Shown: piece after piece, positions 1 through 12,321 of the stretch
How the letters are laid out: each line of letters starts with the position of its first letter
Position numbering within the stretch: position 1 is the first letter of the stretch
DNA from: Monocercomonoides exilis PA203
Taxonomy: Eukaryota > Protista > Preaxostyla
Direction: 5' to 3'
DNA: 64,000 nucleotides
Assembly: GCA_001643675.2 (NCBI GenBank)
Contig: LSRY02000001.1
Coordinates: 2,604,001 to 2,668,000, forward strand
Position numbers and translations under genes: made by a program
Notes under the pieces: model-generated
The model's input: the letters and a program-made list of their open reading frames with translations, nothing else
What the model was told of the DNA's origin: nothing
Databases searched by the model: none

Positions 1-246
1 TTCAACCACAATACAGAGCTTAGCATTCTTTTCTATTTTTGCAGAAAATTTGTTATGGAAAATGATCAATTTCAAATGCTCACAAACTGTCAACTGAGTG
101 AGATTCCGAAGCCAAAACAAGACAGGTTGATGAAATGAATTAATTACAGTGAAAAGGTTGGGCATAACAAAAACGATACCTGGTTGATAAAAGATGAATT
201 TGTAAATTATGAAAGCTGGAATGCTTTGGGGCTATGACATTTTCGA

Positions 247-512
247 TGGAAATGAAGTATTTTGAGGTATGTAGTTATTATTGTTCTATTGATTGCAAAG
301 ATGTTTCCATCTATATCCTCCCCAAAGTTGTGATTCAAGCAAATTATACAAATTGGAAAATCTATTCTTTGCAGAGCAGAACAGCTAGGAAGGGAGCCAA
401 ATGTTTCCTTACAAATATATTAGAACCTGAATATATTTTGTTACAAATATTTATGGCAGTTATTTTGAACTTAACATGCGCGATGGATAGAAATACGATG
501 AATATGAATTAA
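247..512 (+). pseudogene. Degraded gene fragment, paralogous to 9657-9958
   Basis: About 230 bp align at DNA level with 9732-9958 (ttctattgattg...tattctttgcagagcagaacagc...cttacaaatatattaga...aacatgcgcgatggatagaaat). No complete ORF in either copy. Confidence 0.55.
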
Positions 513-1982
513 TACGGAATAGACAGCCTCTGAATGTGGAAAACGTGTGTACATAAGAAATTATATTTTAACTTACGATGACGATGAATAACTCTGTCCA
601 AAGAAAAATATGAAATGGATATTTTGTGAGAAATAAATAATGAGAAAAAAATAAAGAAAAACGAGGGAAAAAGGCAGAACAGGAAGTTCGAAGACAAATG
701 AAGGGAAACATCTGTATTATTGCTGCAAAAACTTACAGGAATTGTTGAAAAGATGCTGAGCTGTTGAAATACATCACTGAAACCTTTTTTTTGTAACTTG
801 CATTCTTTCAATCTTTTTTTTTGAAGAAATTCTGCAAAAAAAAAAAAAATATTTGAAATTGTAATGAATATCGTTTATTGTGATTTTTTCCCAATTGTTT
901 ATCAAAAAATATAGTGCAATAAAGTTTTATTTGAATCAAAATTAATCACCAAAAAATATCTTTTGAATATCTTTTCAACTATTTTCAATTTTTTAAACAG
1001 CAGCGCATTTTTCGTTAAAATGCTTTGAAAAACTTCATGAATATGCATTATATATTTTTTCACAGAAAAAATTTGTCCACCTGAGTTATTGCAAAATTCC
1101 CCAAAAATTTCGAGATTTCCATAGACAATTTCAAAATTATTGGGTTATTTCAAAATCACCAAATAATATAGAAATTTTTTTTTATTTCACAATTCATCTA
1201 ATATATAATTCAAAAATTAATTAACTTGGTAAAGTGTGACTTATTGGTGTTCATGGGTTTCTCTTTTTTTCATTCAATATATGAAAAGACAGTTTGAAAT
1301 TGTGAAGTTGATTCATCAGGTGCAAAGCATGTTATTTCATTCTGATAAAAGCTCCAAATGATATAATTGAATGAAATTTTCATCAAAACCAGAAATTGAC
1401 ATTATTTAATATTATTCAACTTTTCATTAATTGCTGAACAAATCGTTTAGGCCTCTGCGACACAATATTTTGTATGTGATTTGTCGGTCGAGCCGGCAGT
1501 CATCTGTCGTTTAATTATTTCTCATTAAAATTTTCTATTTTTCGATTAAAATGGTTTTCTGTGTTTGATTTTAATTTATTCCGTTATCATGTTTAATATC
1601 AAGCTCAACAAATTTAAATAGCAAGATTATTTAAAAAATTTTGTGTTAATTGAAAATTTATTGAAAAACAAAAAATATTATTCCTGTTGATCAATTTGAA
1701 AATTCATTTCCTCTACGTGTTTTGATTTGTTTTGATAATCATACTTTATCAAGGGAAAGACACTTAATGTTCAATTCACCTCTATGATTTGAATATTGAT
1801 TAACAAGTTTATTTGTTCTTTGTTTTCATCATATTTCAAACTGAATGCATTTTGGACAAGGTTGCACAATTCATGTTTTTGTCTTTTCATCAGGTTTAGA
1901 GAATTGAATAACGTTATAAATGGAGCAAATGATCACCAAATTTAGCTTATTGTTTGAATTCAGCGATTTGTTTGAAAATATA

Positions 1983-2950
1983 AACCCCAAGGAGGTGCTC
2001 TTTATGTTCGCGACAATGACAAAGCCATTCAGAAATTTGAGTATTGTTCTTTTTCAAGATGTCATTCTTCTTCGACAAGGGTGAGAGGAATAGATGCTTT
2101 GAATATCGTTAAATGCGTTGTGCTTCATTCTTCAATTATTCGCAGTTCAGCAAACGTTCGTACGGATAATGGAGGTGGAGGAATGATGGTTGAGAATATG
2201 TGTGCTGAATCGATGGTTGATGATTGCATCTTTCAAAACTACTCATCGGACAACGATGGAGATACAATTGAACTCTATTTAACGAAAACAGAAAAACAAA
2301 AAAAGTATGTATTTTGTTCATTTTTGATCACTGACAATCAAATTGAACAGACGATGACGCTGGAGGAGCAAAACCACATTGAGGACTGACAGGCTTTGTT
2401 ATAATTTCAAATTGTCCTTTTTGCAACTGCTATTCTATGTGAAGAGGAGGAGACAAATGCCAACATTCAAATTCGTATAATGATTCACTTGTTTTATTAC
2501 GGTTTGTCAATAATAGTTCATGCTTTAAAGGCTTATATGATATCACACTTGATTCATTAACAATGAACAATATCAATTTCACGAGCTATTCTTATAGGCA
2601 ATCAAAAAACAGAGTTAGCACTAATTATTCAAGAGTTGTTGAAAAAAGTGAAAGGCTTCAAGAAGATTTCAGAAGAATCTTGTTTGTCTCCTCATTCCAA
2701 GCAGAACCAAATATCATGAACGCATGTGCATTTGGACTGGATGAAAGCCATCCATATTCTATGTCATCCATTGATTCGCTCAATATATTCTTGAATTTGT
2801 GATATACTATGAGATTTTCACAGGAACGATCACACAGGAAAAAATCGTCGATTGAGGTTCCAATATTGTCGCGATTTATGGACAAAGTGATTTGAACTCA
2901 ACATTTTAGACTAAAATAGAGGCAGCTGGACTGTCACTTTTTTCATTTTC
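1983..2950 (+). pseudogene. Decayed paralogue of the large beta-helix surface protein (matches ~21020-21990)
   Basis: ccccaaggaggtgctctttatgtt (PQGGALYV), tgtgcttcattcttca, GGGGM, TKTEKQK, NRVS and ACAFGLDESHP segments are collinear with the 2523-aa ORF but broken by stops and frameshifts. Confidence 0.8.
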
Positions 2951-3329
2951 TACAGACACATTGTTTCTGAGTGACAAAATGCTTGTTCATTACTCTGTAG
3001 AAATAAATAATCGAGCCTCAAAATTGTTTGAGATTGTGCAAGCAAGAGAGCTGTGTTTTCATTGGACAAACTTTTCTCAAGGATGTGAGCAATTTTTTGA
3101 ATCAGATTTTCAACGGAATTGTTATGAGCTCAGAAGAGTTCACAACAAGTGTGAGAAGAGAAGAAAGATATGACTGTTTATCTTCTGTGTGATTTTCGCT
3201 TTTATAAACACAAGATATTTCATTTTTACTTTTGAAATACATTTTTGATGGAATTGACTGAGGATTCTGCTTATATATCCTTTTCTTTCTTCTCCCCTCA
3301 TCAATCAGATTATGTGTTGTTTTTTTTCT

Positions 3330-4030
3330 AAGCGAATGAATAGCGAAAAGAAACTTTTAAACAAATTTGTTTGCACAAGGAAGCTGATCTGATCACTGAA
3401 TTTTTACGAGATCTGAAGCCAACAGAAGCATTATTATTTAAGTCTGAAGAGGGTATACGCGAGGATGCAAAGCAGAAGTGCCGCTGCTGCGAAGGAGGTA
3501 GTTTCCAGACGCGATCTCGATGCCCACCTGAAGCAGATACGACATCCACCGGAACGCTGACGACGCTGCCGCGGATCCACCAAAAGATCCACCGCACACA
3601 TCCGCAGCTACTCCAACTTGTCCATAAACACACAACACGAAGCTTAGCACGTTTTGAAAATCCGTTTCAGTTACACGTTTGCAAAATCGCATTCGTCCCA
3701 TCCCGCAGAGCTATAGACGGCACACTTTACTGCGGAACAACCGCCCCTATCGCAACAAACTCATCCATCCTCTCTCTCTTCCTGTCCGAGTTCAAATTCT
3801 GCAATGCTCCATCTGATGCTAAACTCCCGCTCCCACCCACGCCCCCTTCTATTCTCTTCTATCTCCTCCAAAACAGCCAATCCCTAATAACGTGATGCTC
3901 ATCGTCCCGTCCGGCTGTATCATCACTTCCACAATTAACTTCTTCACAATGCGCTCCCGCTCTGCACACAGCTCCATCAGCTTCTGCATCACTGTCATCG
4001 TTTCCTGTTAATCTTACCAACTCTCAAATG
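3330..4030 (-). pseudogene. GC-rich disrupted coding remnant, product unknown
   Basis: Local GC enrichment. The minus-strand reading (MQKLMELCAERERIVKKLIVEVMIQPDGTMSITLLG...DFQNVLSFVLCVYG) looks coding but is interrupted by stops. Confidence 0.3.
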
Positions 4031-4442
4031 TTCTCCCAACAATTGCCATCACATATTTTGGAATATCCAATTCTATCATCAACTAATTTTCGTTATCCAA
4101 AATTAAGAATTATTATCGAATTCAGTTCTTCTTTTTCTCACCTTTCACAAATAAGAAAGGTTTTTGTTAAAGAATTATTTCTCATATTTATTTACAAATT
4201 TAAACTTTATGATATTTTTTTACGAACAATTAAGAAAGCTCTCATTAAATCATGGAATCATCCACGACATATTTTCTTGTCCATCAAATGATTCGATTCT
4301 CCAAAAGTTTTTTAATTTTTTAAGAAAATAAAAACGGATCAAGACAAATGAAAAAATTAATATATATTCCAACAACTCATTCTTATTGATAGTCGATATC
4401 TGAAGTTTTGTTTTGGAAAGCAAAAGAATAAAAACAAGAATA

Positions 4443-5408
4443 GGGTCAGAAATTTATCGGTACCAAAAAAATTAATTGGGACCCAAATTTTCTGGCTCAC
4501 AGGAGCACTTTCAGTAAAAAATAAATAATAGGAAACCTTTTTTAAACTTTTATATACTATTCCAGAAAAAATTTTTTAATTTTTTTATTTCTGTAAATAG
4601 ATCTGGAATTTTTTGTTTTATTTTTCTGATCAAAGACTTGCTCATATTTTCACGAGCTTTTTGTTTTGAGTGTTTTGAGTTATATCATTGTTTATAAACT
4701 TAACTTCTTTACAATTTTGGTTATTTTATATTATTAAACACTTCGTTTTTTTATTATTTTTTCCATTTCATTATTTTTTAACAAAATTAGAAACAATAGT
4801 AGAGTTTGAAATTGTCATGGTTTTTCGTGTGAAAGAAAAGTTGAAAAAATGATTGTTTTGTGCGTTACAAAGATTTTGAAATGAAAGAATGTGATTTGAA
4901 GCAAAAAATGCAAAAATACATAAAAACGTGTTTTTTTGTAAAAAGATCTCGATCATAAAAAATTAAAGATTTTCATCCTTTTGAATACCTTTGTTAATTG
5001 ATAGTTTTCATATTTTCCCTTTTGAATTAACGAAAAAACTTATTTATTCAAATGTATTCTTCAATTTGTTGAAATTTAGTGAAATGGAAAAAATAATAAA
5101 AAAACGAAGTGTTTAATAATATAAAATAACCAAAATTGTAAAGAAGTTAAGTTTATAAACAATGATATAACTCAAAACACTCAAAACAAAAAGCTCGTGA
5201 AAATATGAGCAAGTCTTTGATCAGAAAAATAAAACAAAAAATTCCAGATCTATTTACAGAAATAAAAAAATTAAAAAATTTTTTCTGGAATAGTATATAA
5301 AAGTTTAAAAAAGGTTTCCTATTATTTATTTTTTACTGAAAGTGCTCCTGTGAGCCAGAAAATTTAGGTCCCGATAAAAAAAAAGGGGATATGATAAATT
5401 ACTGACCC
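4443..5408. mobile_element. Non-autonomous foldback/MITE-type element with ~330-bp inverted arms, probable TA TSD
   Basis: 4441-4770 is nearly the reverse complement of 5080-5410. Ends are ta|GGGTCAG...CTGACCC|ta, with a ~309-bp AT-rich spacer and no ORF. Confidence 0.85.
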
Positions 5409-5561
5409 TATATCTATTTTCTGAAATTATAAAAAGAAATAAACACTAACTTCAAAAAAACAAAAAGTTTCGACAAAATATCCAAGTTCTCTTTCCTCAT
5501 GAAATTGGAAAGACTGACAATTAATAAAGAAAAAATCATCATTTTGACTTTTTTAATGACT

Positions 5562-5622
5562 CGACTGATCTTTGTCAAACGACTGATCTTTGTCTTCGAC
5601 TGATCTCGACAAAGATCTGTCG
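5562..5622. repeat. Clustered CGACTGATCTTTGTC motif (three direct copies, one inverted)
   Basis: Copies at 5562, 5580 and 5597 (partial); inverted copy cgacaaagatctgtcg at 5607-5622. Confidence 0.7.
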
Positions 5623-7878
5623 ATAACCCATATAAATGTTATTCTTTATCTTTTTCCTGGAAAAAATTTTTTTCGAAAAAAAATATTCATTATGAAAAAA
5701 TATTTATATATAAATATTAATAAAAAATATTCTTATTCAATTTCGTTCTCTTTTTCATTTTTAAAAAACTGATCAAAAATAAGATAACAGTTTTGTAGGT
5801 CGACTTGTCGAGATGCTTTAAAAATGTCGGTCTGTCGCAGAGGCTGAAAATCGTTTTTTCACTTTCGCAAAAGCAAATCACACTCTGAAATAAACTCAAT
5901 AACCCAACACTGTCTTTATTAAATTCATAATAATAATCTTCAAAATTTTTTTTCGAAGAAAATTTTGAAAAAAGAAAGATGAACTGATTTTTTGATGATC
6001 TCCTCTTCAAAAAATGTTTTGATTTCATAAATGGGTAATTCTTTTTTAAAAATCGGAAATGTTTTATTTTCAAATGAATTAAAATTTTCACATTTTGCAT
6101 AAATTTTCATTCATACAGACCAAACTTTTCTGGAATAAAATTTATTTCTGGATAATGCTATTTCACACATTCTTAAGAAGATTCGTGAGTTAAAACAGAA
6201 ATTTGAGCAAAATATGAAGATTTTGACTTATTTGAAGATTAAACATTTGTGACTTTTCAAAAAGAATCGCCCAAATTACATCCATTTCTTCTTATATTTT
6301 TTTCCACGTTTATTAATAATTATCCGGAAGAATAAAGATATCTTATTTTCGTTTTGTTGAAGTGACAGCTCACCAATATTACTTAAAAAAATTAACAATA
6401 ACATCATTCCTTATTGTTCATTCTATTCCTTTGAGAAATTTGTGAGCTGGTACTGAAAGTCGATCAAAAAATGTGTGTGAAATAACAAAATATAGTGTAA
6501 TTTATTGTAATCATTTTTTTTCAAGTTTGTGACCAATTGAAAATCTTTTTCCATTTTCTCAATATTTCCTATTCAAATATTTGATCCATGAAATATGAAA
6601 CAAAAGAAGATGTTGAAGGTGAATGAAAGTTTTAATGGTCTCTTTTAATTCTTCATTCATTTGAAATGTTTATTTTATCTTTATTCGAAGCGAATCATCA
6701 AATCAAACTTTTCAATAATATTCGAAATCATCTCTATTCTATCATCCGAATATCATTTTGTTTACCAAAAAGGTTTGAAATCATATTTTTGGAAATAAAT
6801 AAGTGAACGTCATAAAACCTCGAAAGAATTGAAAAGTTTGTTATTTTTTGTTTTTGGAAATAACAAGTTTTCGTGATGAAAGTTATTAATTGATAATTTT
6901 TGGGAGAAAATTAACCAATTTCACAAATATTAATATTCTCCACTCATTTGTTTTAATAATGATTTCAAAAACAATCACCCATATTTTCATTGGTTGTTAT
7001 TCACCATTTGTATGTTCTCAATTTAAACTATTTTTAAAAAAATTTTCAAGGATCTTTTTCAAAAAATAAAAAAAAGAATGGAGCTGTTTATATCATCATT
7101 ACAAAGGAAAACACTCGAATTTGAAACATATAAAAGATTTGAATAGAAATCAACTTTTAAGCTCAATGAAATAATAGTCTCATCAAAATAGTTATTTGTC
7201 GAATGCTTTCTATTCTTTAAAACATTTTCCCCCTCTCATTTGTCATTTTTCAGAGTAATTATATATTAAAATGAAATCAAAAACTTTTCAAACAATTATG
7301 AGACAATTGTCTTCAACATCGAAAAATCAATAAATTAAGATATTCATTGGAATACAAATAATTCATTTTGTGTCAAGTTTATTTAAACCCGAAATTATAT
7401 TGTTGATTATTCTTTTATTTCACAAAAAAAAAATTGATGAGTTTGTTCTTGTATTCAAAGAATTATGGATAAAATACCAAAAAACATTTCTTTTAATGAA
7501 AGCTTGGACAATAAAAAAATTGTCAAAAATTGTGACCAAAAAGAATAACGAGCTGAGATTATTTGAACAAAATGAGCAAGGTGTTTCAATTCAAAATCGA
7601 ATTGAGTGGAAATAGTTCAATGGGGAACAAGAAATGGAAATCATTTCACTTTCTTCCCTGAAAATCAAACAATTCAAAAATGAGATTTTTATTAATTTAT
7701 TATTTATTGAGGAAAAAAACGAAGTTTTCTTTTTCTTTTTCTTCTTCTTCTTTTTTTTTTTTTTAAAAAAGAAAACTATTTTCTCAAATATGCGAAATGA
7801 AAACAAATGAAGCATTCAAACCCAAATGAAATGGAAATGCTTTAAAAAAAATATGAAGATAACAAAAGCACAATTGCT

Positions 7879-9293
7879 TCACAGAAGAACATCATAGATT
7901 CCTGTGCCATTTGTCAAAAATGTGTCAAAGTATCTTACAAAAACGCAATAGCGAAATCTGTTGATGCAATCTTCGAATCCCTCTTCCTCCAACCTTTCAA
8001 GAATCTTTCTTTTCATAACTTTTCGTTTTTTCTCTTCCATTTCTTCATCTCTTTTCTCATCCAAGCTTCTCCAAAGATTCGCAAAACTCATCAAAAAATC
8101 ACGAAAAATATCTTGATACAACGTTTTCCGCCAAAGTTCCTTCAAAACAGCATCAATTGCTCCGCTTTTCAGCAATAAATCATATCCCTCTATTCTTCTT
8201 CCAACACTTTTAAAGCAATAAAAGCAATGATCGCCAATTTGATTGCACCATTCATTTGTTGCTCGATATACCCCCGTAACGCATTTCATAAGCCCTAAAA
8301 TGTCTTCATTCCACGATCCACAACAACAGAATAGATCGTCAGATATGCAGAGCCATCTTATGAGAATATATCCTTCATCCGCTTCGCGTTCACTCTCTTC
8401 TTTTTCCTCCTCGCTTTCTCCCTCATATTCCTCAAATGATATCAGCTCTTCCATTTCCCTTGTTGCTTCTTTCACAAGATGAAGTTCATTCACAATCAAA
8501 TCTTCCATTTCTCTGTAATCGCAGTGAAATCTGTTGACCAAAAAGGCACAAACCGACTGATAGGCAAGACGGGTGAGGTTGTAATGCTCTTGATGATTTT
8601 TGATTATCTCCTTGATTTCATCCAAGAAAAGTTCTTTTTTCAGTTCCTTTTGAAAAATAATGAAAATAATCAATAACTTCAAAAAATGAAATAAAAATGC
8701 TCATACATAATTATCAATATTGCTTAAAGCCAGCAAAGTTATCTCTACTTCTTTTTGTGTTTCTTTGCTTTCCTCTTTCTTCAAGGCAAATTTCAACAGG
8801 CAGGGCACACAGATTGAAAACAATTCCGAAGGTTGCAGGGATAAATGCATAAGATAGCATTCGCAAAGGTCAACAAGATAATTTTCATCCTTTTCTTCTT
8901 TCTTCTTTTCTTCTTCAATAATCATCTTTTCAAATCCTTTGATCAACAAAGATTTTTCAAAGCCACAAATCCAAATTGCTTTAAGTATATTCCAAAATCC
9001 AACATGCTTCAGCAACAGAATGGCATTTCCCCACAAAAGTTTCTTTTCTTCAATCATTGTGTTGATTTTGTTGAACAGTTTTTCTGAAAAAACGGATATA
9101 AATTCTTTTCCGTTCGTTTTATCAATGATCTCATTCATCTCTTCGATTTTCTGTCTCTGTTCATCTTCATCGCAATCTTCAAGCTCTGAAAATAATTCTT
9201 CAATAAAAAAGGAAAAAATCGCAATAAACATGAATTTAAATGCAACAATAACGACAAGCCATTGAATTTACTGATCGGGCTTATCTCCTGCAT
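7879..9293 (-). CDS. Lineage-specific alpha-helical protein family member, 3 exons (9293-9260, 9197-8707, 8646-7879)
   Basis: Splicing joins MQEISPISKFNE-LFSELEDCDEDEQRQKIEEMNE...LALSNIDNY-ELKKELFLDEIKEII in frame. Intron 2 is GT-AG (8706-8647); intron 1 is GC-AG (9259-9198). Clear paralogue at 44164-45566. Confidence 0.8.
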
Positions 9294-9656
9294 TTATGAA
9301 AATACATTGCAGACAGAAAACAACGAAAATTCGTCATTCATATTGAATTCGCAATTGTTTGATAAAATGAAATTTGCGAAATTTTTTAATTCAAAGCCAT
9401 TTTAAAAAAATGTTCGTTCATGCCATCTCGATAAACATTTGCACTTTTTTTTAAGTTGTTTCAAAAAGAAACAATGATTTATCTTTAAAAGTTTATTGTT
9501 ATGGATGCAATGATCCAGAAGTTTTCTTTGAACGAAATAAAGCATTGACAAGATGAGAGATCAGCGAACGAATATTTTCTGCAATATATTATTTTGCTTG
9601 GAAGCACGAGACAGCAAAGGAGGTACATTTTTGATGGAATTTGGGGAGATGATTTT

Positions 9657-10420
9657 ATAGAAAAGTATCTTCGAAGGTAATTCATTTTCCAAAATAACAT
9701 ATGAAAAATTTGATGTATATATTTTATATTATTCTATTGATTGTGAAGATATTTCCGTCCGTATCCTTTCCAAAATCGTGATTCAGGCAAATTATTTAAA
9801 ATGGACGATTTATTCTTTGCAGAGCAGAACAGCGAGGAAGTGAGCCAAACATAATCTTACAAATATATTAGAGCCTGAATATATTTTGTTATGAATATTT
9901 GTGTTACTTATTTTGGATTCAACATGCGCGATGGATAGAAATGCGATGAAAAATGAATATTGATGGAGCAGAAATCAACGGGGTTGGAAAACTACCAAGG
10001 CAAAAAGGAAGAACAGCCAATCTCTATGAAAAGAGAGCGTTTTTTAAAAAGAGGAAGAGGACATTTTCATTTTTAAGTTTGTTGGAAAGATTGGAGCAAA
10101 TGACTGAAACAGGAAATTGGAGTCAGTTGCCTCAGAGCAAGGAGCCTTTTTTGAGATAAGAAGGGCAAGACATTGATTTTATAGACCGGGGGGAGCGATG
10201 GAACAGCATTTGATTGATTGGATTAAGAACCAAAAATACGAGAAAGTCAGGCAGTTTGGTGTTACACAAGCAGCTTGAAGTGGATTACAGTCCAAATGGA
10301 TTTGAGTCATTTTGCTATCGCCTTTTGCATTGTGTCATCGAAGCATTATCCACAAGAGCAGAGAACGAGGTTACGATGTTGAGGATATTTCCCAACAAAG
10401 AATATATCAAATTTTAAAAC
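9657..10420 (+). pseudogene. Degraded gene fragments; 5' part paralogous to 247-512
   Basis: DNA similarity to 247-512, followed by coding-like sequence with in-frame stops. Confidence 0.45.
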
Positions 10421-10671
10421 GGCATCTGTATCTTCCTCTTCTTCTTCAACAACACCTTCATCATTGTCATCATCTCATTTTTCTTCCTCTTCTTCTTTTC
10501 TCATTGATAATTTTCGTATGCTTCAAAATGAAATCTGAAGCGAATGACAAAGAAAATGTTGAAAAAGATCTCTTCAATGGAAAATAACTGCTTTCATTTT
10601 GATAAGATGAGCAAACGATTTGAAGAATTTTATTGAAGAAATGGAAAATTCGCTTCGTCTTCATTTTCAGT

Positions 10672-10673
<2 letters not shown>

Positions 10674-10724
<51 letters not shown>

Positions 10725-10738
10725 AAGAAAGAAAGAAA
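10674..10738 (+). repeat. (AG)n/(AAAG)n microsatellite
   Basis: Directly visible. Confidence 0.95.
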
Positions 10739-10854
10739 TATAAAGAAGAAAAATAACCGAAGATAAGAAGAAAACAACGAAAATTCTTATTCAGCAATTC
10801 TTTTTCAGGAGAAGCAAATATTCAAAAAGAAGATATCCAGAAGAAGATGATGAT

Positions 10855-10944
10855 GAATTCAAAGAAGAAGAATTCAAAGAAGAAGAATTCAAAGAAGAAG
10901 AATTCAAAGAAGAAGAATTCAAAGAAGAAGAATTCAAAGAAGAA
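10855..10944 (+). repeat. 15-bp minisatellite GAATTCAAAGAAGAA x6 (EFKEE on + strand)
   Basis: Six perfect head-to-tail copies with no spacers. Confidence 0.95.
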
Positions 10945-12321
10945 GAGCACACAATTATTTCGAATGATGAAAACATAACAAGAAGAACTGAAGAAGGAAT
11001 ATGCTCAGAATATTGAAATATGAAAAGGATTGACAAAAATTCAAAGACTTCTTCGCATCCAACGAAATGAACAAAAAAGAAGACACGCTTCAAATTTGAC
11101 TGAAGAAAATTGCCAACTTTGGAAGAATTTGAATGAAGCCTTTTTTATCTTTCTTTCCAATCTATTTTTGAAATTTTCAATGAATTTTCAGTTTTTTTTT
11201 AAAGTTCATCAGACCTTCTTCTTCAACATTTTTTATTCCAAATGGAAACAACAAAATTTAAAAAAATAAAAAATAAATTCCTAAATGAATTGTTTTTCTT
11301 TAAAAAGTTATTCAAAAAATTTCAACAAAGAAACTTCAAAGAGAGAAAGAGAATGAATATAAAATACAAACAAACTCCAACATTGTTGGACGAGAATAAT
11401 GAAAAACAAGATTATCATCTCCATTTTCCAATACTCTCTTCACAAATTGCTTCACAAATCATTCAAAAATAGAATATCTTCTGTCAAATGAATTCAAATA
11501 TAAAAGTGGAAAAATATCTTTCTTTTCATTTTCTTGAAATAAATTCACTGATTCCACAAAGAAAACTATGCAAAACACAACAAGCATGACTGAAAGAAAT
11601 TGATGAGTTACACACAGAAGTTAAATTACAAAAGCCATTCAATAAAAAACGAGAAAATAAAAAATTAAATACATTTTTTTTGTTTTCAAAAGGAGAAGAA
11701 AAAATGCAATTTCAAACTAGTTAAACAAGAAAAAAATACTCACAACTTTCAAAAAAGTTGTAGCATTTAGGTGCAAATCAGTCAAATAATGAAAAAAAAG
11801 AAGAAAAAGAAAAAGAAAAAGAAAAAGAAAAAGAGAAAAAATCAGAAGTTTGAGAAATATAAGCAAAAAACGGGTTTCATCGCAAATGCAATGAAGAGCT
11901 TCTCAAAAAATATCAATTGATATCTCAATGAGAAAATCATAAAATAAATAAAACAAATAAAGATAAAGATTAAGATAAATTTAGACAAAAAAATAAATAA
12001 ATAAACTTTGAAAGTTCAAAATTTCTTTTGAAAAAGGAAAACAATCAAAGAGAATGCAATTCAGAATTAGAATAAAAATAAAAATAAAAATAAAAATAAA
12101 ATAAAAAAAGAAGGAAAAAAAGAAAAATATGAGCAAACAATTAATTTGTTTTAATTATTATTGTTATAATCTTACGTATTTTTGTTTAAAACCATTTATG
12201 CTCTTCATTCTTCATTTTCCCTTCTTTTTCTTTTTCTTTCCTTTTTCTTTTCTTTCTTCTTCTTCTTTGAAGGCACTCTCTTTGATATCTTCCTCGTCCA
12301 TTTTGATATATTCCCTCTTGG

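Noticed and set aside
234-512. LURP-one/Tubby-C-like identity for the duplicated fragment
   Set aside because: Resemblance is limited to a C-terminal hydrophobic helix; needs a profile search.
10855-10944. Palindrome-containing direct repeats as CRISPR or operator array
   Set aside because: Head-to-tail copies with no spacers; a simple minisatellite.
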